DNA of 64,000 nucleotides from Octopus sinensis (Eukaryota): NCBI RefSeq assembly GCF_006345805.1, contig NC_043012.1, positions 34,844,001 to 34,908,000 of the forward strand, read 5' to 3'. Shown piece by piece: positions 39,844 to 51,896 of this stretch (position 1 is its first letter; each line of letters starts with the position of its first letter). The notes under the pieces were generated by a model. It saw only the letters and a program-made list of their open reading frames with translations, ran no database searches and was not told where the DNA came from. The position numbers and the translations under genes were made by a program.

Positions 39844-40375
39844 TATATATATATATGTTTGTTCTGTCTTTGTGTCTTCCCCACCGGTGTTGGTGTGCTT
39901 ACGTCTTTAATTTAGCGCTTCGTTTTAACTGGCCGCTTAGTTAGGGAAGGAATGACAGCGCCCATGACCACTCTATTTTTTCATGGTTTCCGAGACTGGT
40001 GAGATAAATCGAATAAGTTTTCCTTAAACCGCAGAAGACCTGGTTAGAACACTTGCAACAGAGTGAACACTGCTGAAATACACAAATACCAGGTAGTGAT
40101 GTTAACTCGGAAACTAAAAAAAAAAAACTCGGAAATTTAAATAAACACAAATAACACAAAAATTTTCATCACATCACAACCTTAGATTTTATTTTATTGA
40201 TCCTGAAATAACAAAAAAAAAAAAAAAAATTGACCGTGGTGAAATTTGAACTGAGAGTGTAAAGAACCGGAATAACTACCACAAGATTGAGAAAAGAGTT
40301 ACGTTATAAGGAAGCCCTGTTCTTTTATAATAAAGAGAAATAATCACTTAAGTGTTGTAATATCAATATGTAGTA

Positions 40376-40870
40376 TCTCTTATTATAAAAGGCAGATTTT
40401 ATCTGCCTCCCTTTGTCTCTTATAGAAATCTACAATATAGGATTTCTTCAATTACAATTTACCTAGCATTTTTAAGAGTAGAATGCATCGGCTCGTGCCA
40501 GGTCCAGTTTTTAAAGTTTCAACCCCAATTAAGCAAAATTTAGAGAAAACTCACATTGTGGTGTGTATGTCAAATGCTTTTCTTAGTGTGGGCTACAGCA
40601 CACGCACACGCACACGCACACACACACAAACGGAGCAAACTGTTTCACTGACGCTATCACCCTAATTTCTCCTTTCTCTTTGCAAGTGTGCAACGATTAA
40701 AGTGAAAGTAATTCACTTTTTGTAGTGAGTGACTCTTTCACTCTGCATTCCCACTTCCTCTTTACACACATAGACACGCAAATATATAAATAAAATTGTA
40801 AGCTAACGTGTGTGTGTGTGTGTGTGAGTGCGTGTGTGTGTGTGTGTGCGTGTGTGTGAGTGTGTGACAG
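40376..40870 (+). mobile_element. Probable non-autonomous Helitron, 5' portion
   Basis: Begins A|TCTCTTATTATAAAAGGCAG (TC start with an AT-rich leader like the other Helitrons here). Confidence 0.5.
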
Positions 40871-40871
40871 G

Positions 40872-41718
40872 AAAGTTTTTAGGACGAATATAAGACCTAA
40901 AGTATATCCAAGTAGCAGAAAGATCGCCCAAAAGTGTATATAGATATTTAAATGTATTTATATATTCATCTATACACAGATGTATGTATAATGTGTGTGT
41001 ATATATTTCCATAGAGGTAACCTTTCACTCCATACAAAGTTTTTTAGGACGAATATAAGATCTAAAGTTATCTCTAAGTAGCACAAAGATCGCCCAAAAG
41101 TGTATATAGATATATAAATGTATTTATATATTCATCTATGCACACATGTATGTATAACGTGTGTGTATATATTTCCATAGAGGTAACCATTCACTCCATA
41201 CAAAGTTTTTTAGGACGAAAATAAGATCTAAAGTTATCTCTAAGAAACAGAAAGATCGCCCAAAAGTGTATATAGATATTTAAATGTATTTATATTCATC
41301 TATACACAGATGTATGTATAATGTGTGTGTATATATTTCCATAGAGGTAACCTTTCACTCCATACAAAGTTTTTTAGGACGAATATAAGATCTAAAGTTA
41401 TCTCTAAGTAGCACAAAGATCGCCCAAAAGTGTATATAGATATATAAATGTATTTATATATTCATCTATGCACACATGTATGTATAACGTGTGTGTATAT
41501 ATTTCCATAGAGGTAACCATTCACTCCATACAAAGTTTTTTAGGACGAAAATAAGATCTAAAGTTATCTCTAAGAACAGAAAGATCGCCCAAAAGTGTAT
41601 ATAGATATTTAAATGTATTTATATATTCATCTATACACACATGTATGTATAATGTGCGTGTATATATTTCCATAGAGGTAACCATTCAATCCATACAAAG
41701 TTTTTTAGGACGAAAATA
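40872..41718. repeat. ~165-bp tandem repeat, 5 full units plus the start of a sixth
   Basis: Anchor AGGACGAA at 40881, 41046, 41212, 41376, 41542 and 41707. Confidence 0.95.
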
Positions 41719-42563
41719 TTTATATATAAAAGAAAGGTTGTGTGTCTGTCTACTCCGATTTAGATTCCTAACTACTCCCACATTTTGCAATGCAGTTTAA
41801 CCAAAACCGGGTATCTTATAGTCGTGATTCATATCGAGCCCTTCTGCGTATTAGCGCGCGTCTACGATGAGTCTACGATTTTACAAATAATTTGCCATCA
41901 TTTTTTTCCATTTTAATGCATATTTTTTTTAATAAAGGGAAGTAACTCTCAAACTTCACACCAATATGCGTGCTCATATGCGACGTAATATCACATCAGC
42001 AGCATTTCCTCACACCCTCCTTGCACTTGGCGAAGGCAAAATACCAGGGGATGAAAATGGTAATATTGCCATCGATTCCATTTGTACCATTGTTAAGACG
42101 CCTTCTGATCTCAGAGATGCAGTGTTCCCAGATCTACAAGCTAATTATCAGAATATGGATTGGATTGGCAAAAAGGCTATACTGGCCCCGAGGAATAAAA
42201 CTGTTCACCATATTAATGATGAAATGCTAAAACTCATTCCTGGGGAAGTCTATGTATATCAGTCTATCGATACAACTCCTGACCCAAAGGACGTCATCAA
42301 CTATCCAATAGAGGTACTCAATTCCTTTGAGCACCCCGGACTACCACCACACTTTCTCAAACTTAAAGTTGGTGCCCCTATAATGCTCATCAGAAATTTG
42401 GTTCCCCCAAAACAATGCAATGGCACACGTTTGATCGTTAAGTCCTTATCTCCCACCGTAAACTTATATCAATATTTGCCTGGATAATCATCATAATTCA
42501 GTGCAATCATTAACAGTACTTTCAAGCAATTCAGCCCCGAGCAACGCCGGGCAATTCTGCTAG
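41719..42563 (+). mobile_element. Internally deleted Helitron retaining a helicase fragment
   Basis: 5' end shared with 22731-23113; 3' CCCGAGCAACGCCGGGCAATTCTGCTAG|T; internal PIF1-type ORF. Confidence 0.88.
41966..42487 (+). pseudogene. Helitron Rep/Hel PIF1-family helicase fragment
   Basis: Motifs AILAPRNKTVHHIN, YPIEVLNS...GLPPHFLKLKVGAPIMLIRNL and CNGTRLIV. Confidence 0.9.
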
Positions 42564-42926
42564 TCTCTATATATATAAACGGCAAAATGTCTGTGTGCGT
42601 GTCCTTTATATAAATCCACAATTTTTCAGTTAGAGGGCTCGCACTTTCTATGGTCATTCGAAACCGTCCAAGGGTGGTCGTGCACATCTTTACATTTCCC
42701 CAGTCACCCCGCAAAGCCATTAAAAAATCAACAGAAGTGACTTTTTGTGAATTTTCTATCCAAAACTCAATCAAAATGCCTGAAACTTGACACGCCAATT
42801 GAATGCCAGCTAGCTGTATGTGATTGGTCGGAGATTTGGACAGTACTCGCGTGTATGTGCGCACGCACGCAGCTGTATATGCATGCACTAGCAGTATGAC
42901 CCGGCGTTTCCGGGTCATAGTGCTAG
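42564..42926 (+). mobile_element. Second non-autonomous Helitron, fused head-to-tail to the preceding one
   Basis: Starts TCTCTATATATATAAAC; ends GACCCGGCGTTTCCGGGTCATAGTGCTAG|T. Confidence 0.8.
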
Positions 42927-44067
42927 TACATATATAACATGCTACAGCACGTGTGTTACTGATGTGGTAGTGTTTTAAGGTTCTAAATATGGCTGATGTG
43001 AAACAGTTACAACCGATAGCGCGTATGGCTATTACAGCATTCATTTAAGTTTATGAAGGAATTAAAACTAACTACATTTTCCATCCGAAGTTGATTGATA
43101 CGGGAATGTTTTATAAGTTTAATGAAGTAGGTTACAATATCGTAAAACTTATTCAGGAAAGTTCGCTTTCATAAATCAAAGACAAAGGGAGAATCAGAAA
43201 CTCGTCAAAACGAGCCTTGGCATCATGTCTGGATGGAAAGTATTATTTTCACAAAGCAACGAAGATGGGGAAAATCCTGGCATAAGTGATTCCAGTTTTA
43301 CGAGCTATCAAAATGGTTCATTCTTCATTGATAATGTACTTAAGGAAAGTTTGAATACCACTACCTCTCATTTACATATTCGTTAGAATATAGGATTTAA
43401 AACGCAAGCAAGCAGGAGCACTTCAGTGGAAAGAGAAAAATATGGATTAGAGTACATTAGAGATAAGATCCCAATGCGCCAAATGTGTAACTCGGTTTCG
43501 ACTTGAAGCTGATCTCATTACATTCCCTAACACTACTAATGGCTTCATAAAGATTTCTGTTTCTTTCCCTTTCTTTCTCATTGCTAGTGTCATGGACTGA
43601 ACTTATGTAAAAGAATTGTCAATGCAAAAACAGCGACTGGAAATTCGAAACATTTTAGTTTCTTAAATAACATCTTAGTGAGTGACTATATTTTAGGGTT
43701 TTGATCTTGGGAAACTTTTCTGAGCCACTTATGATTCAGTGATTTTCATACATATTTCGGAGTTAATCAAAATATTCTTATATGGGAGTATGCAATAGAT
43801 AAAACAGATGAAATATTTCGTTTTTTATCCACTAGTCGACCATTTTAGATACGTTGAAAGATCTGAACATGGTCGACTAATTGTGTTGGCACTAAAATTA
43901 AACACGGAAATGTAACTTATCAGTAAAAATTGTTTACTAAATTACCCAAATCCTTCTAATTGAGTTGCGGATAGTAGTTAATTTTTGCAGAGTAGAATCA
44001 ACGATTCACGCTCGATTCTCGTTTGACTTTCATTCGTTACCTTGCAGTGATGAGTATAGATATGGAT

Positions 44068-44135
44068 TACCGTATTTTGTGGCATATAAAACGCGCTTTT
44101 TTTCTTAAAATTTGACCCTAAAAATCACTGTGCGT
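44068..44135 (+). mobile_element. Possible pogo/Tigger-type terminal remnant
   Basis: TA-CCGTATTTTGTGGCATATAAAACGCGC...GTGCGTCTT resembles pogo-type termini; no partner TIR found. Confidence 0.35.
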
Positions 44136-44229
44136 CTTGCATGGTGAAGGTCAAGTTTAAGGTCCAGCTTTGGACCTTGGTATCAACCTTGTTTAACAAT
44201 ACAAACAACTCAAACACCTTCAAAATGAT

Positions 44230-44760
44230 TATAATGGCATATTATGCTGCACACGATATGTGCAGACCTTGTACATGCTACATGTACTCATTCCGTATTC
44301 CGTAAATCACGTGAATTACCAGGGGTCCAATCTACCTTTAATATTACCATGCTAACGATCTATGCTCATCATTGGTGTTTAATGATAGCTATTGTCACCT
44401 GTCTTATATGCAGATGCATTCATATGATCAATAGTCTCACCATTCTAGATAAGAATTCCTTTTCGGCACTGATGTACGAAGTTGAAATTTTGGTAAATCT
44501 CTCCATGTGAAATTCTCCTTTATGTTAGATTTCCATGCTTATTTGATTATGAACATATATAACTCTAGTCTTGAGTCCTGAACGCTAGTTATTGCTGACT
44601 TCTACAAATAATTCCTTAGAAATGACTGAAAGGTCGAGGGCTTCAAAGTAAATAGTTTTAAGGAGATTTTTACCGCAATGGCCCCGGCTCTCCTGCGTAG
44701 TTCACTGTAGAGAACTTTCGATACGACATTTCACTCATATGGCTTGGATCTTCTGGAATA
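44230..44760 (-). pseudogene. Possible decayed hAT-type transposase remnant
   Basis: Minus-strand LKTIYFEALDLSV resembles the hAT/ZMYM1-type YFEALD motif; the rest is broken by stops. Confidence 0.28.
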
Positions 44761-44885
44761 AATTGAAAACTCTGGGTGCTGGCCGGCCCTGTCAAGGACT
44801 ACAATATTTAGAACCCAACATCGGCAGCTAATATGATTCTGCTAGAATGCACCACGTGGAAATGATTCATTGTCTAGCATGCTTT

Positions 44886-45790
44886 GCTTCAGAAAGTCCT
44901 TGCTTCAGAAAGTGCTTGCTTTACAAAGTGCTTGCTTCACAAAGTCCTTGCTTCAGAAAGTCCTTGCTTCAGAAAGTCCTTGCTTCAGAAAGTCCTTGCT
45001 TCAGAAAGTCCTTGCTTCAGAAAGTCCTTGCTTCAGAAAGTCCTTGCTTCAGAAAGTCCTTGCTTCAGAAAGTCCTTGCTTCACAAAGTCCTTGCTTCAG
45101 AAAGTCCTTGCTTCAGAAAGTCCTTGCTTCAGAAAGTCCTTGCTTCACAAAGTCCTTGCTTCAGAAAGTCCTTGCTTCAGAAAGTCCTTGCTTCAGAAAG
45201 TCCTTGCTTCAGAAAGTCCTTGCTTCAGAAAGTCCTTGCTTCAGAAAGTCCTTGCTTCAGAAAGTCCTTGCTTCACAAAGTCCTTGCTTCAGAAAGTCCT
45301 TGCTTCAGAAAGTCCTTACTTCAGAAAGTCCTTGCTTCAGAAAGTCCTTGCTTCAGAAAGTCCTTGCTTCAGAAAGTCCTTGCTTCAGAAAGTCCTTGCT
45401 TCAGAAAGTCCTTGCTTCAGAAAGTCCTTGCTTCAGAAAGTCTTTGCTTCAGAAAGTCCTTGCTTCACAAAGTCCTTGCTTCAGAAAGTCCTTGCTTCAC
45501 AAAGTCCTTGCTTCAGAAAGTCCTTGCTTCAGAAAGTCCTTGCTTCACAAAGTCCTTGCTTCACAAAGTCCTTGCTTCAGAAAGTCCTTGCTTCAGAAAG
45601 TCCTTGCTTCAGAAAGTCCTTGCTTCAGAAAGTCCTTGCTTCACAAAGTCCTTGTTTCAGAAAGTCCTTGCTTCAGAAAGTCCTTGCTTCACAAAGTCCT
45701 TGCTTCAGAAAGTCCTTGCTTCAGAAAGTCCTTGCTTCAGAAAGTCCTTGCTTCAGAAAGTCTTTGCTTCACAAAGTCCTTGCTTCACAA
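44886..45790. repeat. 16-bp minisatellite (GCTTCAGAAAGTCCTT)n, 56 full units plus a partial unit
   Basis: First unit starts at 44886 and the last partial at 45782 (896 = 56 x 16); main variant G/C at unit position 7. Confidence 0.97.
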
Positions 45791-46310
45791 GAGTGCAATG
45801 AGAATAGGAGTACACACCACATCCTGTGTTATGCCTCGGTTCCGTGTGATCTTACACATGGCAGTCTGCTTGTTTACGCACCATCAATATCTACAGTTCC
45901 CGATAATCATATACACATTATTATACAACAGTCTGTGTAACCTTATACACAAATGACTATATATACCGAATATAATATCCAAAATTATATCCACATTACT
46001 CTAAATTCTATAACCTTATGTAAACACATTATTACACACGCAGTAATTCGATATACGAAATATTATACACACTGTAACTATCTCCCGCTCTTTTCCCTTT
46101 CCAATCCCTCCCTACATCTCTTTCTGTTCACGCGCGCGCGCACACATACATACATATATATACATACATACATACATACATATATATATATATATATGTG
46201 TGTGTGTGTATATATATACATATATATGTGTGTGTGTATATATATATATAACGTGTATCTATGTATATGTAACATCTATCTATCTATCTATATACACACA
46301 CATATATGTA

Positions 46311-46392
<82 letters not shown>

Positions 46393-46628
46393 ACGTGTAT
46401 CTATGTATATGTAACATCTATCTATCTATATATCTATATACACACACATATGTATATATATATACATATATATATATATACACATATGCATACGTACACA
46501 CTCACATACACATATATATCATGATCATTATATATTCCTTTCTATATACGACTGAATATTAAAATCCATGACTCAGTAAGATGTTTCAAATATTTCCACT
46601 CGCTACGCCTAATTACTTGCCCCCCTCT

Positions 46629-46672
<44 letters not shown>

Positions 46673-46986
46673 ACTGTTTTGGTCTCACTTTTCTTTATTT
46701 GCCTCTCATAACTTTTCCTCCTTTTCTTTCTTTCTCTAAACTATTTTCTTTTTCCTAGCGTTCCACTTATCTTTCCTTCTTTCTTAAATTTTGCTGTTTT
46801 TATATTTAATTCTTTAATCCCGATTCTTTCCTCAAAATCTCGCCCTTAATTTCTGTTGTTTTTTTTTCTTTCTTTGCTATAGTCTTTCTTTCTGTATCTC
46901 TTTCTCTCTGTCTTGCCCTCTCTCCTTCTTCAGTCCCTTTAGTACTCACTACTCCTCACAATTTCTCTTCCCCCTCCATTGGATCT

Positions 46987-47320
46987 TTCAATTCAATTCA
47001 ATTCTATTTTTACTGGTTCAAAAAGCAAAAGCAAGGCCATGTAGGGGGTCAGGGAGTTATGTACAGGGAGGGTGGTCATACAAAGAGTTCAGGCCATTTC
47101 TGGTCAAGAGAGACTTTGAACCGAGCGGTCGTCGGCATCATCACTATCTCGTCCGGCAGCTTATTCCACGGATCCGCAACCCGGACGCAGAAAGCCCCTC
47201 TCCTTCGATTGAGATGAAATCGTCGCAGATAGAGCTTTTCGGAGTGACCCCGCAGCCGACGCTCTGGAGCAGGAGTGAAGAACAGCTCTTTCGAGAGGAT
47301 ACACTTTCCGCTTATGATGT
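46987..47320 (-). mobile_element. CR1 3' stub
   Basis: Homologous to 34131-34450; (TGAAT)n tail. Confidence 0.88.
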
Positions 47321-47698
47321 GAGCGACAAAGTATTCATTAGTTTTCAGTCAATTTCTCTTTGTTATCAACAATAAATTATTTAACCGAACTAACTCGGTG
47401 AAACCATTGGCTGTCCGACTGTTCGGACAAGAGGCATTTGCCATCTCTCTCATTCTATTCAGGTTTTATTCTGTCACATTCATCCGGATTTGATTTAATA
47501 AGTATCAATAATATTACCAAGGGTTTTAAATCGCACGCGCGCGCGTGAGCAACAGGGGTGCAAAACAAAGAGGCGAAAATAGTGCTCGAACACTCAAGAG
47601 TAGACTAAAATAATAATCTGTTGAAGCTAAAAAGACTTTATACATTGTTACTCAGAGTTTCATGCAACCGGATCATCAGACATTCGTGACTATTTTGA

Positions 47699-47968
47699 GC
47701 GGGGTCACTCCGAAAAGCTCTATCTGCGACGATTTCATCTCAATCGAAGGAGAGGGGCTTTCTGCGTCCGGGTTGCGGATCCGTGGAATAAGCTGCCGGA
47801 CGAGATAGCGAAGACGCCGACGACCGCTCGGTTCAAAGTCTCCCTTGACCACAAATGGCCTGAACTCTTTGCATGAACACCACCCTGTACATAACTCCAT
47901 GTCCCCCTACATGGCCTTGCTTTTTGCTTTTTGAGCCAAAAAATTAACTTAACTTAACTTAACTTAAC
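47699..47968 (+). mobile_element. CR1 3' stub, inverted relative to 46987-47320
   Basis: Same 3' UTR; (TTAAC)n tail. Confidence 0.88.
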
Positions 47969-48568
47969 AATACTATGAGTTATTAGAATTTATAAGTAGT
48001 TATGAACGGTGTAGTGATTAATATTGAGTGATTCAACGAATAAACTATTAAATCTGATGGGACGGAGCATTATTACTTCTCAAAATAACGGGTATCTGTT
48101 GGAGGAAAAACGATTGACCGTAAGGGGAAAAAAGCGAGTCAAAAGTTAATTAAAACTGGATAATATAAATTGTCTATGAACTCGTGGAAACAGACAAGAA
48201 AGAAAAATGCAGCGAATGAAAAAGCCCCTTTTAGGAATTAAGAGTTAAAGAAAAATTTTGTAAGGGATACAAATTAAGGTTAAAAATTGATACAAGGTAA
48301 AGAAATATCACAAAGACGTAGAAAGTACAAGATACAGGTACGAACACTGCATCGTCAGGAGTTAACTATTGGCGCAAACTCAGTTTTGATTACACTATGC
48401 GAACAGGCCAAGTATTCTGAAGACCGGGCAATCTGCGGACGCAATATAAAAGTGCAGCTTACTTTAGTGATAGAAAAGCAGAGGCTAATCATAGTTTTGA
48501 GACCCAGTATTAGTATTATTCTCCCAGCAGCTTAAAAAACACTCAGCTGCCGCACCTGAAGCATATGT

Positions 48569-48697
48569 TCAGAACGACTTCCATCTAAGAAGTCGGTAAA
48601 CACGAACACCGTAGGCAGCTGAGGACTGATTTCCGGATAACATTATCTGAAGCACCAAAATGAAAACAAACAAAGATGATATGAGACGTCTGTTCAT
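48569..48697 (-). CDS. Candidate small secreted peptide, 42 aa (MNRRLISSLFVFILVLQIMLSGNQSSAAYGVRVYRLLRWKSF)
   Basis: Signal-peptide-like n/h/c regions; ATG in an AAAG-ATG context; upstream polypyrimidine tract plus TTAG acceptor at 48724-48723. No homology recognised. Confidence 0.3.
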   Translation of the reverse strand: MNRRLISSLFVFILVLQIMLSGNQSSAAYGVRVYRLLRWKSF

Positions 48698-49136
48698 CTT
48701 TGAAAACCTCCGTTTCCTTCTCCTAACAATCAAGAAGGAAAGAGAGCGAGAGCGAGAGAGAAGGAGAGAGAGAGAGAGAGAGAGAGAGAGTGAGAGAAAG
48801 AGAGTGAGAGAGAGAGAGAAGGAGGGAGGATGAGAGGGGAAAGTGATAGGAGGAAAAGAAATCCCTTATAATTAATAAAACCAACACTGTATCAGAGGGT
48901 ATACCCGTTGCGTATCAACAGGATCCAGAGACAAATAATAATTTTTTTTTAAACTAATGTCGCCATTGAATTGTTAGCATCATCAGATCGGGATGGTGGG
49001 ATGATCAACTTTTGATCCCATCATTGTAGTTAGAACGGTGGTGATGATGAAATTGTAGTTGTAAGGTGGGAAGAATTCAGATTATACAGATATCGTATAC
49101 AGAAACAAATATACGCGCATGTCCGTCAGCGTGCGA

Positions 49137-49455
49137 CTACGTATGTTCGTACGTACGTACGTACGTATGTATGCGTGTATGTATGTATGTATGTATGTAT
49201 GTATGTATGTATGTATGTATGTATGTATGTATGTATGTGTGTATATGTATGTGTGTATGTATGTATGCATGTGTGTATGTATGTATGTATGTATGTATGT
49301 ATGTATGTATGTATGTATGTATGTATGTATGTATGTATGTGTGTGTGTATGTATGTATGTATGTATGTATGTATGTATGTATGCATGCATGTATGTATGT
49401 ATGTATGCATGCATGTATGTATGTATGTATGTATGTATGTATGCATGTATGTATG

Positions 49456-49489
<34 letters not shown>

Positions 49490-50115
49490 TGTATGTATGC
49501 ATGCATGTATGTATGTATGCATGTATGTATGTATATATGTATGTATGTATGTATGTATGCATGCATGTATGTATGTATGTATGTATGTATGTATGTATGT
49601 ATGTAGTATGTATGTATGTATGTACGCATGCATGTATGTATGTATGTATGTATGTGTGTGTGTGTATGTATGTATGTGTGTATGTATGTATGTGTGTATA
49701 TGTATGTATGTATGTGTGTGTATGTATGTGTGTATGTATGCATGTATGTATGTATGTATGTATGTATGTATGTATGTATGTGTGTGTGTATGTATGTATG
49801 TATGTATGTATGTGTGTGTGTATGTATGTATGTATGTATGTATGTATGTATGTATATGTGTATGTATATGTGTATGTATGTATGAATATATGTATGTGTG
49901 TATGCATGTATATGTATGTATGTGTGTGTGTGTATGTATGCATGTATGTATGTATGTGTGTATGTATGTATGTGTGTGTGCATGTATGTATGTACGTATG
50001 TATGTATGTACGTATGTATGTATGTATGTATGTACGTATGTATGTATGTATGTATGTATGTATGTATGTATGTATGTATGTATGTATGTATGTATGTATG
50101 TATGTATGTGTGTAT
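49137..50115. repeat. (TATG)n array with TGCA and TG variants
   Basis: Seen directly. Confidence 0.95.
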
Positions 50116-50516
50116 ATGGATGAATAGATAGGTGGATAAATGTATGTGTATAGTTATATGTACAAATGTATTATGCATGTGCAAGCATGCACGCATAAGT
50201 TAACAATAAGGCTATGAGAAAATACGACAAAGAAGTGTTTTGCTTGCTAAATTCTAAAACTGTAGAGTTTCAAATATTTGATAAAATCAGTTACTGGTAG
50301 ATAAAAACTGAATTTATTTTAATATCTAGACAAAAACATCAGATAATTGAAATGTTTTGGGATAGAGGCTATGTAAATGGAAGGGAATTCTGCTTTGAAA
50401 ACCAACCGATGAAAGCAACAGACATGCTTCGATCTGATAGAAAGACTTATTCGACTGTGATGGTTTCCTTTTGACGTGATCCGTTTTCAGAGAAATGAGT
50501 TTTTGCTATCGTTTAA

Positions 50517-50737
50517 CCCTTTAGTGTTCAGATTACTCTGTTAAATGTAATACTTTTCCACTCAAATTGTTTTGAATTAATCATGCATTATCTCATAGCT
50601 TTGAGGTTTCAATGATGTGATTATTTATTTTTTAGAATGTCAATGTAGGTTAGGTGTGAGAGGCTAGATATCACCAGTTTGAATATAAAACATGTAGAAT
50701 ATCTGGGCCAGATATGGCCGGTTTAAACACTAAAGGG
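50517..50737. mobile_element. 221-bp piggyBac-type MITE
   Basis: TTAA|CCCTTTAGTGTT ... AACACTAAAGGG|TTAA (12-bp TIR, TTAA TSD). Confidence 0.88.
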
Positions 50738-51735
50738 TTAATTTAGTTTAGTTTACCATATCATTGAAGAAAATACAGTCTGTTTCTTTCTGACGCCAAG
50801 AGGACAGCTTTGGACACGTTTCAGCCTCAACAGGCATCAAAAATACAGCATTGCCTTACCTAGACTCCAGGGGCGAAGAGTAATACGCAAAATTAAAATA
50901 AAAATCAACTTCCGGCGCAAAAAAATTTTTCAAGCCGTTCTAGAATATCGGTTGTAATCCAGTCCTTTCTATTTACCAATGACACACACACGCGCACACA
51001 CACATACACATACACACATACACTTATACACACACAAACACATACACACGTACGTACCTCTTTATATTTAATCATTTAAATTCTTCCTCTGAAGACTATC
51101 TAGCAATAGCGCGAGCACGCAGAAATTCCGGGATGGTGTCCGGCGTGCTGGAAGACCACTGGTAGTGAGGCACCCCTCAGTTTCTGTTGAAGCATGTCTC
51201 TAGGAGAAGGTCACTCTGATATAAAGCCAGATATGCAGGGAATGGCATTGGACATTTTGGGGATCTTTGGTTTGTGCTTGAGATCATGGCGCTCCCACAT
51301 CCCTGAGCCTGCATCTCATATTGGCACCAGACATCTTGCCTCGGCTTGTCTCTGGATGATTTCAATAGAGTGAGAGGGTCTATGAGGGGTCGTGCAAGCC
51401 TTATTGGACCTAAAACTTTGCACAGGCATTGATGACTTTTTCCTCTACATGTGCATTGCTTTTTTTTTAGGTATACAGTAGAAATCTTTACACAATAATA
51501 TAAAACCCACATACTTAGCTATTCCAGAAACGGCTGTGAGAGAGACTTTACCTGTTTACTATAACTACTCAGAACTGGGTTTAAATTATGAGTTAAATGC
51601 GATACTATGTTTCCTTTATTTATTCTGTTTTTAATATGTGTTTGTGCGGGGGTGGTGTATACAGACTGACAAACCGACAGACAGACACACACACACACAA
51701 ACTTACATAAATAGATATTCATACGTACATACATG

Positions 51736-51850
51736 ATGGCTGCCCCTTCGTTATCGAGTATGGCCATTACACGAAGCTTAACTGCTATTGGTGCTGCGGT
51801 CGAATGTGACTTTTTAGCCTAGCTAAAGATCTACAATGTCTGGTACAGAA
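51736..51850 (-). mobile_element. Extreme 3' stub of an RTE-type LINE
   Basis: FCTRHCRSLARLKSHIRPQHQ* plus a 3' end homologous to 2364-2485. Confidence 0.6.
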
Positions 51851-51851
51851 T

Positions 51852-51864
51852 ATACATACATACA

Positions 51865-51896
<32 letters not shown>

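Noticed and set aside
43130-43385. Stop-free non-repetitive stretch (…MSGWKVLFSQSNEDGENPG…) as a host exon
   Set aside because: No recognisable homology or convincing splice pair.
44886-45790. CRISPR-like array
   Set aside because: The units are contiguous with no unique spacers, there are no cas genes, and the context is eukaryotic.
51177-51512. 111-aa minus-strand ORF as a gene
   Set aside because: No recognisable domain; another frame shows a weak LINE-like IQRQA motif, so it is more likely retroelement debris.
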